Of a DNA stretch of 64,000 nucleotides, positions 51,941 to 64,000 are shown in pieces. The stretch is from Laetmonice hystrix (Eukaryota), in NCBI GenBank assembly GCA_965235115.1, contig OZ249441.1, positions 11,470,001 to 11,534,000 of the forward strand, read 5' to 3'. The notes beneath the pieces are model-generated. The model saw nothing but the letters and a program-made list of their open reading frames with translations, was not told the origin of the DNA and did no database searches. Each line of letters opens with the position of its first letter. Positions within the stretch are counted from its first letter, which is position 1. The position numbers were made by a program, and so were the translations under genes.

Positions 51941-54900
51941 GAATACGCCCTTTATAACGTGATAATGAGCACACTCTCGCCATGTATCTAAGTCACCACT
52001 GTCTTGTCTTTAATCCTAAGTTATTCTACAATGAAACAAAGCATGAGCAACAACTTCTCTGGACCACTTGACCACTGCGTTAAAATAAGACCATTCGATC
52101 ATCACCGGGTGTGTACTTCTACAGCACAGTGACGGCTAAACCGACTGGACAAATTCTAAGTCGTCACTAACTACCCACCGTGCCCCTAAAGACCGTAATC
52201 AGTGGGGCGGTCGATGAGTTGAACAGGTGACCACCTTGTTAACGTGGGCCCGGTGTCTGACTGCAGAAATCAACCCCTGACTGGGTGTTAACTCTGACGT
52301 AACTGTCAGCTCTGCCAGCGGGCAGCTTATCACCTGCACCTGATAGTCACAGATCTATCGCCGACCCAGAAAACATCCAAGACAGCCGTGAAATGTTCAT
52401 TACAATGGGCCGTTACGGAAAGGTCGGCCATTCCGGAAGTCACTCATTGTATCTCCAGGCTTCCGTACCAAGTAACTGCACTATGTCAAATAGAAATTCG
52501 GTCCTATACAGCTGTATGTTTGCCTGGGGGTTGACCTACTGCCATCCTGTCAGCACCGCCATCCTGTCGGATCGGCTACTCACAGTCAGGGTGGTAACAC
52601 AATGTGCCCATATAACCATATCGATCGGTGTGATCTGGTTGCTTTCACTACAGGATGTTGGCCTCAATAAGAATACCTAAAGGTGTTAGGTTCAGTTTTA
52701 TACAACATGTACGTACTAGTTGTCATCGCTAGAACTTCAAAAATACTGATAATCAGAAATCTGCACGATTTTTTTTTTAACTTTAAAACGGTCCACTCAG
52801 TTCTTGTTCAAAAATACCATCAATTTTGTTGACTTGTACAGTTGGCAGTTCGGATGGGTTTTCAGAGCGGCGCGCAGTGGGAATTAACAAAAGTAGTATA
52901 TGGAAAGTGGTTTTTGAATCAGGTCACAGTATCGGTCTGTCTGTCAACAGTAAGCATTTCTAAAGGAGAAGATCTCCTTACCAAAAGGGATATTTTCTTA
53001 AATACTATCTGGTCAACTCACAGCTAGTGAGAGATATCAGTGGGTTAGCAAGACAAGACGACCCTGGGCTGTCAATCTGACACTATTGGTAGCACGATAG
53101 GACAATCTCTTGTGTCAAACTACATTTACCTACGGGCTTATCCCATCTGGTGTTACAGGAAGTCTTCTCTTTCAGTCAGTTCGTTACAGACATTCTATAC
53201 ACCTGGAATCTTTATACATTTTCATACTTACACTTATCACACTGATAAAATGTCCTAACAAAAAATCATCAAGGTAGTGTTATCCGTACACAATATTTGG
53301 ACCCTGCCTGGCACACTGAATCCCATTGTGTTGATTATAACGCGAGTGATGTTTTTTCTCAGCAGAGATAAATTGTTTTCCTCAGTCTCTGTTACGGAGT
53401 GTTTTAGTCAAAAGGTCGCACACAGGCACGTATGTGCAGCCAGTTTCTACTGCACTGTCAGCATGTTTACATCTGCAAAACAACTGAAGTCATGAGGTTA
53501 GTAATGATCCTTGGTAATTAAATACTGGAGAAATTTGTCTTCTTTTAGAAATGTACTTGTTTGATAACTAAACCAGTTTCGAACAATCCTATAGGTCGGA
53601 AAGTATCCTTGCCACCTGGCAAAAATTGTCTTTTCTAATTAATTGTTCTATATTGCCGCTTTCCGCCAATCTTTTATCCTAATATATTACAGGAACTACT
53701 AGAGACTTCCTAACACCTGATTAAGGACTCTTTCAGAGCGTCTCTTTAAAAAATATCATCCAATCACTTGCCTCATTAGCCTAAGCTCATTTGTGTGAAA
53801 TCCCAGCTGCCTTAAATCAGCACTTATTTTACAACTGGCATAATGAACACTTCCGCACAGCATCCTTAACCAATCAAGACTCAAATAACGCACCCAAGAT
53901 GTCGACAGCAATGTGTTAGAGCCACACCTAAAATAATAAAAACCACCATGTGTTGGAAATTTTGCGTAACGTGCCCAATAGCGAGGGCAGGTCTGGGCGA
54001 AGGGAGCACTCAAAACGCTAGGCTATCTCTCTAAACATTCGAGTGAAGGTTATACCGTAACTTGGCAACGATATCAGTCTATAGTTAACCCTCTAAAACT
54101 AACCGGCAAAGGGTTGATATGCTGTATAGTTCCAAGACAAGTCAAAATATCGTCAGAAGTTCTAAAATCAATTATACCTTTCAAAACAAAAATAATTATT
54201 TGCTGATTAGCTTTGGTCCCAGATTTCTGAAGTGAATAATTTTGCGAATGGTGATAAAAGAATCGTTGTAATGTTAACAAGCATACAGTTTTGTGCTAGA
54301 GTAAAGAATGAAGATTTCAGGCTCATGAGTAGTGAAATTCCATTGTTTACAACACCTCTCCAGACGAGACAAATGAGTTCCGAACATCATATTTCGTTCA
54401 CTAAGATAATGGGCATTGTCTTCCTACAGAATGTCTGCTGATACAGCATGTGTTTCTCGACAGGTGAGGTACATAAACCTTCAGCTCAGTGTCTGGCCAT
54501 GGTTGGATTGGAGACGTTTTAGATCTGTGCCAGGGCGACCAGGAACATTCATACCGGTTCTAAAGGGCCCAATCATTGCCATATAACACGTAGGGAGGAG
54601 ATCTTTCCTGATATACTATTGTCTCTATACACGACAGACGACACAAGTGGTATAAAGACTGACTGACATTGAATCCGGACCAGAGGTGTCCAACCTAGCC
54701 GACCAGCACGAGAACTCAGCAGTTGCTGGACCCCCACAAGCTAGTGCAGAACTAGCAACAGATGGTTTCTCAACCCGAACGGGCAGGTATACTAGAGTCC
54801 AGGGGAGCAACGGCTACGCCCAATGAGAGCTACAATTAACGCGACGACGGAACCCGTGGAGGAACATGGGCATGGTTCACACAGACCAGTTTCTGTGACA

Positions 54901-55179
54901 GAATCAATAGTGACAGACACAAAGCAGTCGTGATGGACACCTAAACAACAGTGCCACAAACAGACGGCCTCTCTGTGGTGACCCTTCCAGCGACGTCAAT
55001 GGGGAGATATTGTGCTCGGCCACATGGTACCCTGTCAATCACAGGCACAAAAACAATCGTCCATTATCCTCATGCGCCACCTGCAATTTGACCCTTTGAA
55101 GCGTCACCTCGACCCGCGGGCTAGTAACCAATGACAGGCTGCCTTTCGTGACCCCGAGTCTTTATATCAGGTTACTTAA

Positions 55180-55519
55180 AGGTGCTATTCGTCTCGCACA
55201 GAATGGCATTTCTCCTATCATACATTGTGCACATAGTACTAGAAAAAATTACTACCGATACCATTGGCCTGATAAACTTTCTATTAGTTTGTGTGCAGCA
55301 TTTGAAACCTATCTCGGTGCGCACCGAGATAGAGCCATTTCCTATGGTGGGACGTGTCAGGGTCTCCACAGGCCTTCTGAGAGAGCCCCATTTGTGCCGT
55401 TATCCATGAAAAATTTTGATTTCCTTTGTTGTAAATCTATTTCCATGATAGGTGGGATCACATAAACGTCAACAAAATTAAAAATAAAAAAATTGAATTT
55501 TTGTTCACGAATAGCACCT
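55180..55519. mobile_element. Non-autonomous DNA transposon (MITE) with TTAA target-site duplication, Kolobok-like ends
   Basis: TTAA (55176-79) | aggtgctattcgt ... acgaatagcacct | TTAA (55520-23): perfect 13-bp terminal inverted repeat, 340 bp, no transposase ORF. RR..YY termini with TTAA fit Kolobok rather than piggyBac (CC..GG). Confidence 0.85.
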
Positions 55520-58500
55520 TTAAGACATACTTAAACCCTGAGATCAAAGTGGCCCTTTTCCACTGTGACAAAGCGCAGACGTAATAGCATGTCGTTCTCT
55601 CTGGTGGAGAAGTCTTTCATGCGGACCCCAAGTCCCAGGGCAAGGTTACTGCCATGGCTATTACAGAAATAGCCATTCATCTCACCGCTTGCAGTCTGTT
55701 CAGGAGTACACAGCTTGCTGCACCTTTAGAAACGTCCGCTCATATTCCCCTCGCATGTTCTCACTCAGTTTCTTCTTTCTTTGGGTACATTGGTGGGAGA
55801 ACCCGAGCCACACCCAGTGTATCCTTGAGCGAAAAACACTAAGATAAACGTTCTGATCGTCAGCATAGGAAAATTATCTACAACGTGCATGTACCAGCAT
55901 TATACAGTGCATCGGTCTACCAGAAAAACAGGATCTCGAATAACTCCTAGAACAGAATGCCTAGGCCTACTTCTACCCGAAAACCTGATTCCATATCCTA
56001 ACCCTTTTATAGGCCTAAATAATATTAAGGCTGACTTTCCTACATAGTTTACTTGTGGTTAATTAGTCCTAATGAAGAACCTTGCTCTACACGAGAGCTG
56101 AACTTGCCTGACTCCACTGGACCGCTTGCACTGAGTGATGAAGAGGTCGTGTTTAGTCCACTCGGCCTGGGTTCATGAGCCCGAGTTTCTACCTCAGGTA
56201 CGATATCTGATAGAATCATTACTCAATGCTATCCTTCAAACACCAAACACAATGTGGGCTAAAAAAGGAAGATGAGGCCATGACCAGCCTTGTAGAGTAG
56301 AGGCTTGCTGTCTGGGCGGGTTGGTGTCTGGCGTCGTGCCATAACCATACCACCAGCCTGCAAACCTTGCAGTCCTTAATCTACGACTCCACATCCTCAT
56401 CACAACCTTGGCATTGAGACAGAAAATAACATCAAAGCAACCAGACTCCACCCCCTGCTGTATGTCACTAGAATATGGTGACCATGGCATGCTTCAAGCA
56501 TTCAATTAGGCCTAACAGAAATCTGCATTTTCTGTAAGAGGCTGAAAGAACAGATTTACGGTGTAGTGAATCTCAGTCTCTGTAAGAAAGCACTGCTCCC
56601 CGGTGAGATGGGTGAAGGCATACATAGCGGCCATCTCGGAAGGTCGACCACATCTTTTACTGTTTTATAACTTCAAGAAGTGTTCACTGTAACTTTCAAC
56701 GCTCGGTGGAACAAAGTAACTGTCAACCCCTATTGCCGTTGAACGTCCCAATTGAACGAGACATCCTCTTTGGACTGTCGTCAGCCGTTATTAAAATAAT
56801 TAATGAAGCCGCATTCTTCTTCAGAAAGGTATTAAAAAGAAGCAGTCCAATGGCGGCCTATTTTCGGCCTTTTTTCCATGCCCAATCAAATCGGCAGACT
56901 GTGTGTGTAGCCAGGCCCAACCGATGGCCGTGAATTACGGCTATTGTTTCTAATCTAGCGCTCCTTGATTCTCCAGTAACACTGTTAGTTAACACTGTAA
57001 TGTCTTCGTGTGGAAGGAGAACTTTGAGCAATCAGGCCATTATGGCACACGTGATGCCATCCAATATTTCTGTAAGCGGCAGAGTGCACACCTGCATCTA
57101 TCGAGGAGAAACTTTCTTTGAAGTTACTGAACAAAACTTTGAATGCAATCTAATATTGCAGTATTAGCACGGGAGTATCTGCTTGTAGATCCTTGACTCA
57201 TTCCGTCATCCTTAGCCCTTGATTACTTAAATAGATATATGTTAATCCCGTCAGACGCTCAATGACATTATGCAATATAAATTATAGACTCTCGGTATGT
57301 TCTCTGCGTCTCTCTGACAATAAAGTTTATTTAACACTGACATTTGGCATTAAAATTATTGGAAAAAACTCCACAGCATAATAATGAGCAAGTGTATATT
57401 ATGATCCGAGTTTATATAATCCTACAGACAAATTAATTGATTTAGATCTGCATAAATTCCATGCCTGTAAATTACTTTTTAATTGGTAGTCATTTCAGGT
57501 TCCAAACTAATTTCCGTACCGAAATTAAATCATTAAATCCATATTCCGTAAACGGCATCTCCATATGTTGAGCAGCTCATATCACAATACGTAACATGAA
57601 CAGTCTGAACTGACACAGTCATAGAAATAGAACACATGAGCTCATGATAGAGACAGATTCATGGATCGCGCAGACAGCAGCTCAACTCCATAACATTCTC
57701 TAACCCGACCCTGCACCAAGGTCTGTTCATAACTGGACATGAATACAACCTTCACTCCATGGAAACGAATTCACACACCCTATACCTGTCACACTGCAAA
57801 TCTCGACTAGCTTTGCCCTTGCTACTCCCAGATTGCATGTCAATTTGACGTGGACAAAGTTACGATGTGTTAATGTTGTTTACATAACTGATAACAAGTA
57901 TTCTATCACCCTGGAAGACATTACCAGTGCTATCCGCACCTGTCGGGAATACTGTCGGCAGACGGACTGTCTTTAAATAAATAGTAAAATGCCGTGTGTA
58001 GTCAGTAGTCAGATTGATCTATATATTACTGGTATACAATCAATAGGTTTTACCCGCTAGAATTGGAAGAATACACCTTAAGTGGACATAAAGCGAAACT
58101 TTTTTCTTTCATAAGATTCAAATTCCTTTTCTGGTTGCCAGGCAACCAAAGTCGACAAACGTCCTTAGGGTATTCCACTCAATGCTCATTTCTCCAGCGT
58201 AATGCATGAAAGTTAATTATTAATTTCACGGGAAATGTGCACACAATTCATTCACGACGGGTGGTTGTTCTCCACAGTCCAATACCTAATGTAGGCCTAC
58301 ACCTTGTCCCTCTCATAAAAAAATATCAGTGATTTAAATAGTACAAAGACATACTGCAAGTGGCTCGATTCAAAAACAAGGGACCTGACTTAGAGACATT
58401 ACAAAATACATGGAGTTTCTCCAGGACCATCGGGCAAAGAACCACAGGAGTACAGTCAGACTGTTCTTTGGTCCCCAGGGGACCGTTTGGACCGATACTG

Positions 58501-60008
58501 ACTGCACTGTTGACTCAGCTGGGTGGTAAAAACGACGATCCACAGAGACGTCAGCCTGCGTGTCTTCCACTAACTCTGCATGTCGACAAGTACCTAGACT
58601 CGTTTCTCCTACTGTCAATGTCAACTTCCATTTCCTGTCACTGACAGACCAACTCAACGCTTCACTTCCTATATGCTGCACCAAAATCATTTACATATTT
58701 AGCAGTTTTTTTCCTGTGAAAACCTGTGACAAATATTGCAGAGTAGCTTTCTCTAGAAGCTAGCCAGAATGGTAGAGCCAGTGTTTTAACAGATTTACAT
58801 CACTTGGCTGAGATTGCAGAGATATCATTAAGTTATCAGCTACAACTAAGTCCACTATGACTAATAAATCTTTGATTCCAAGATATATCATTTACTCGTA
58901 CAGGTTTACATGTATATAACAAATAATGCTCAGAACTCGGTCTTACTGAAGAGCCTGAAAATGTCTTTAATAAAAGAAGCCCGGCCAAAAACAACTCTGC
59001 AGACCATAATTCAGGCAGAGCATGCGATCAATTATTCATGGTGCGACATTTCAAACTTGTAACATGATTAGTCAGGGAAGTGGTATCGAGGCCGTCCTCC
59101 GTTTTACATGGGGCCATGGGCATCTTGATGTTTTATCAGATATGACAGAGAGAACAAAGTTATAACTCCCACTTTGTAATTTACTCCTTGTCATTTCAAA
59201 CGATGGTGACTGCTTTACGCCCCCATGGTGTTTCCCTTTATGCCAATATGCATGTTTCTGTCAGAACAGTTAAACTGTCCCTCCCTTATTACTTTTAATT
59301 AGTTTAATTATGAGTAATCATTGGTTGACCTGTAAAAAAACGATGCTTCAGAAATAAAAGATGCATGAGACAGGAACATGTTGAAGTCCAATGTAATGAC
59401 TGTGGATGGAGAGAGCGGCCTGTGTCGGGCTTACTATTATTATAATGTTTCAGTAAACCAACGCTTGGGTTAGCTAGCCGTCAGTAACTGGTGGCAACGA
59501 CTGGCACACATTGTTAATACACCAGATCCTGCACTGATTACGATTGTGTACTCAGTTCTTTAGACAAACTATTTCTATTCGGTTCAGGTACCATATCGGC
59601 AGTGTCAACAACACCGAATCACGGCAGTCTCCGTCTTTTATGAATTACAACTCCACTGCTAGCTGGCTGATCGGGCTGGCCCGAATCGTAGCTACTCAAC
59701 ACAAGGCTCAGCAATGGCCATCGAAACTGGCCAGTTCTCAACAATGAACAACTGACCTAGATCAACTCCGATCAAATCATGTTCACATGCTTCCCATTCA
59801 ATGTTATGAGGGCCAACAGAAATAAGACATTTGTACATCCCTAACAACAGTCAACTGTAGGCAACGGTCAAGTTATCATGGTGCGGGGTCCAAGGGAGCA
59901 TTCACGTTGGGTATATAGCAAATGTCCAAGGTTCACATCAAACTGGTCGGATCAACCTTAGTGTTGGTACGAGCATCGAGCCGTATGAAAACCACGGAGA
60001 ACATCAAA

Positions 60009-61216
60009 CTCCACCCAAGCTGTTCGATTCGAGACCGAGTCAGAATGGGTGCGACCACCTACTCCAGTTTCTCCACCCAAGCTGTTCGATTCGAGACCGA
60101 GTCAGAATGGGTGCGACCACCTACTCCAGTTTCTCCACCCAAGCTGTTCGATTTGAAGGAGACTGAGTCAGAATGGGTGCGACCACCTACTCCAGTTTCT
60201 CCACCCAAGCTGTTCGATTCGAGACCGAGTCAGAATGGGTGCGACCACCTACTCCAGTTTCTCCACCCAAGCTGTTCGATTTGAAGGAGACCGAGTCAGA
60301 ATGGGTGCGACCACCTACTCCAGTTTCTCCACCCAAACTGTTCGATTTGAAGGAAACTAAGTCAGAATGGGTGCGACCACCTACTCCAGTTTCTCCACCC
60401 AAGCTGTTCGATTCGAGACCGAGTCAGAATGGGCGCGACCACCTACTCGATTTGAAGGAGACCGAGTCAGAATGGGTGCGACCACCAACTCCAGTTTCTC
60501 CACCCAAGCTGTTCGATTTGAAGGAGACTGAGTCAGAATGGGTGCGACCACCTACTCCAGTTTCTCCACCCAAGCTTTTCGATTCGAGACCGAGTCAGAA
60601 TGGGTGCGACCACCTACTCCAGTTTCTCCACCCAAGCTGTTCGATTTGAAGGAGACCGAGTCAGAATGGGTGCGACCACCTACTCCAGTTTCTCCACCCA
60701 AGCTGTTCGATTCGAGACCGAGTCAGAATGAGTGCGACCACCTACTCCAGTTTCTCCACCCAAGCTGTTCGATTTGAAGGAGACCGAGTCAGAATGGGTG
60801 CGACCACCTACTCCAGTTTCTCCACCCAAGCTGTTCGATTTGAAGGAGACCGAGTCAGAATGGGTGCGACCACCTACTCCAGTCTCTCCACCCAAGCTGT
60901 TCGATTTGAAGGAGACCGAGTCAGAATGGGTGCGACCACCTACTCCAGTTTCTCCACCCAAGCTGTTCGATTTGAAGGAGACCTAGTCAGAATGGGTGCG
61001 ACCACCTACTCCAGTTTCTCCACCCAAGCTGTTCGATTTGAAGGAGACCGAGTCAGAATGGGTGCGACCACCTACTCCAGTTTCTCCACCCAAGCTGTTC
61101 GATTTGAATGAGACCGAGTCAGAATGGGTGCGACCACCTACTCCAGTTTCTCCACCCAAGCTGTTCGATTTGAAGGAGACCGAGTCAGAATGGGTGCGAC
61201 CACCAACTCCAGTTTC
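60009..61216. repeat. Tandem repeat, 66-bp and 62-bp unit variants, about 19 copies
   Basis: gagaccgagtcagaatgggtgcgaccacctactccagtttctccacccaagctgttcgatt(tgaag|c); explains ORFs in 59922-61430. Confidence 0.97.
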
Positions 61217-64000
61217 AGAGCTTGGCCCACAGAAAGCTCCATCAGCCGTAACACTCCTCCAGTGTCCACGACCAGTCAGGCATTATTCCCTGGAGGACGG
61301 CGCCATGACGTCTAATTATATACCACCTTCCTGCGGGGTCCAGGATCAGTCCCAGAGGACCACACAAGGTCCCCCCCCTACCAACTCCTCCTTCTCCTGG
61401 CCCTGTCTGACAGCTGATATACCAGTCTAACCCCCGGTTAAGTACCAAGGTCAGCCTTAGAACCAGCCGCCTACTGCTGACGACGCAGTCTCCAATCTGA
61501 ACCATTGCAGACGCACCATAACCGTAATTGTTCCACCCATCTGTTGGTATGGGGCTGCTGCTGATTCCTGGGGGGGTGGGGGGGGCATCCTTCCACTTCT
61601 GTCAACCCTCTCATGGGTTGATCACTGAAGCATGAAGTCAGGGATCTATTGGCACACAGAACAACCTGGAGGCCTCCAGGGACGGCAAGCCACTGGAGAC
61701 GGCCATGAAACGTCCCTTTCATATTTTCTGACAGCGCCCCGTTAAAAGACAGACCTCTCACATATTACCCAATGGTAAGCTATTGATTGGAGCATTCGAC
61801 CGATCATCAAACAATATGGCACGCAGGACGGTCTTTACCGTCAATCAACCAATCACTTTGAATCACTTTGCTGCCTCCTTCCGCACATAATACCGCCTTA
61901 TGAATTTAATATCAACAACCGAAAAAATGCTGACAGTCGACTTACCTCTCATTTATCTATACCTTAACATCATGGAACACTCGTCTCAAAGTCCTTTTAC
62001 ACTCTTGATAAAAATGTGCCGCTTTCTGTACGTTGTACCAAGACCCGGCATTTCTCGGAGATCAATGTGGTTTCAGTCGACGATTCAGCAGGTTTTTTTT
62101 ACATTTTCTGGAGTGTCCCCTCGAAATAGTCGGACTGAGAGGATCTGGTGTGGAGTTGATTTGAGTGGTGGGGAACTAATGCAGCATGCAGGAACGCAAC
62201 AATCACAGAGAAAACTGAAGCCGCCTCATATCTCTCAGCCAACTTAGAAGTCCGTAAATTTCTCAACTGTTCATTACTTGTCTGTTCGTCCCCATTACGC
62301 CTAGTTACTGTTCAACATCCAATTAACAACATCTAATTACATTGGTTTCACTCTGCTGAATACAAGCACCCGACGTTGTGGTTGGATCAATGCGCATTTA
62401 TCAGTTCTACTCGTACAGTGTTACCCCACCTGTCTGCTGGGATTTACCCTCATATGTCACACATAGAACACGACTGCAGCTTGTTTACCCCCCATCCCAC
62501 TCGACTCCTCCCCTTGCCCACTTTGATACAAGTCCCCTCCGGCCACACAAGTTTACGACGGCCAATAAAATTTAGCATTAAAGGCGTGCTCTACAGTAGA
62601 AGCGTTCCGTCCTGTACAAATTACGCCACTGCATGCTGAAGTATACTAATCGACATAATGTGATTAATGGAATATAAGAAGCAGAGTTTATAAAAGGAAG
62701 ATTTACATTTAAAAACCACATAAACTTCAAGCCAAATTGGGACTTTAACTATTCTGTTTATGAACAAAATCTTATGTATGTTTGATTGTCATTTACGAAT
62801 GGTGGAATGTCACGCTGGGTGAGGAGCCCATCCACCACATTTAAATAAATCCCTTACTTGCTACAACCACATCATGACAGCACCAAACACAAGTGCCTTA
62901 AAGAGGCAGGCAAAATTCCTCACTAACGTACCTTTGAACACCAGCAATACCATGAGAAGTGTACTGTCTAAGGCGACTTTTTAAAATACTGTATGGGTCA
63001 TTCGCTATTTTCACACGCGTTACGTCGCCACTGGCTTTATGTGACTCACTCACTCCGACTGCACCACTGACTGTGTACTCTTACCGGTGACAGCAGACAC
63101 CTTTTTCTCTCTCTTGACACCCTTATTGGGGCATGTTAACAAATACAGAGTTTGTGTGCAGCTATCGTTTGCAACCCTCTCTGAAATCGTCGATGAATCT
63201 GTCGCCATCATGGGCATGTTTCTGGTAAAAGTGGAATCGCAGTGGGACGTGAATAGCGGCACCCTGGCTGGGAATCTGCGTGGTTCGTTCCGCCTGGCGG
63301 CCACATAACAATTCGTGGACAAGTAGGGCAGACAAGCAGACGAAGCCAGCGGGAGAATGTCTAGCTACAGTCATTTCAGTTGACTATTCCTTTATTAAAG
63401 ATCAGACCATCACAGGATTGTAGTAGGAACAAGCTTCTTCATGCTGAACACCCTTATATTGATAGTTTGAACTTTTCTATGGCCTTTAATTTCTACTTAA
63501 CAACACCCTGACAACAGCAGTCACAACAGCCTCTCCGCCCAACCGTTTGTGGCGCTGTGGTCAGTGATTTAGTACCGGACATCCAATGTTCGTGAACCCC
63601 CTGTCGATCACGGACGGGGACGGCACCTCGTCCATCACACACGCGTTGATGAATCACAGGTAATAATACGACTGCCGCTTTAATCCTGTCATCAATCATT
63701 GGGCTAGCAACTACACGGTTTCAACCTTTGGAAAACTCCACCTGCAAATATTTGTCAGAAATTTGTTAATTTGGCAATTCCATCGAGAAATGGTAATGGT
63801 GGGTGTCAAACCTTAATGCCCGACCCACAAAAACTCTGCAAAGTTTGCAGTTTGTCGAGTTACAACCAGGACAGAAGAGGTGGCAGTGGGTGACAGGGCG
63901 GCGAAGATCAGCTCCTGGCTTCAAACATAATCATTTATCACCTCTGCGCTCATTTTCTAACCACATAATGGTTCTGCAAGTTCTCTTAAACACCTTTGCG

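Noticed and set aside
812-61216. Regular arrays as CRISPR
   Set aside because: Units are near-identical end to end with no unique spacers, there are no cas genes, and the context is a spliceosomal-intron gene.
23270-61430. Long repetitive ORFs (23270-23798, 25373-25747, 30438-31301, 37488-38102, 40872-41358, 59922-61430, and 4480-4980 further left) as proteins
   Set aside because: They coincide with tandem arrays, are open on both strands or in several frames, and break wherever unit length shifts.
63087-63699. GC-richer patches near the right end as exons of a neighbouring gene
   Set aside because: Several frames are open but there is no recognisable domain and no consistent splice-phase chain.

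Overview
Repeat-rich eukaryotic (animal, probably invertebrate) genomic DNA. The only confidently identifiable gene is the middle of a KCNQ1-type (Kv7.1) voltage-gated potassium channel on the minus strand. I reconstructed nine coding exons by hand (17559 down to 8047, 1134 nt, one continuous frame through all splice junctions), covering S1-S6, the TIGYGD pore, helix A (IQ-like motif) and the A-B linker. Seven consecutive exons match the sizes I recall for human KCNQ1 exons 2-8 (91/127/79/97/141/111/96 nt). I could not find exon 1 anywhere in 17.6-64 kb, or the helix B-D exons in 1-8 kb, so both ends of the gene probably lie outside the window. About 24 mutually unrelated tandem-repeat arrays (units 9-174 bp) cover roughly a fifth of the window by hand tally, and they generate most of the long ORFs in the ORF track. 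There is also a tRNA-derived SINE and a TTAA-flanked MITE. Most unusual: two arrays are tandem copies of KCNQ1 splice acceptors plus the first bases of the exon. The S4 exon has 5 extra acceptors and also ends in a non-canonical GC donor; the S1 exon has 2 extra acceptors. Every extra acceptor leads to an in-frame stop. There is no CRISPR array or prokaryotic system here.
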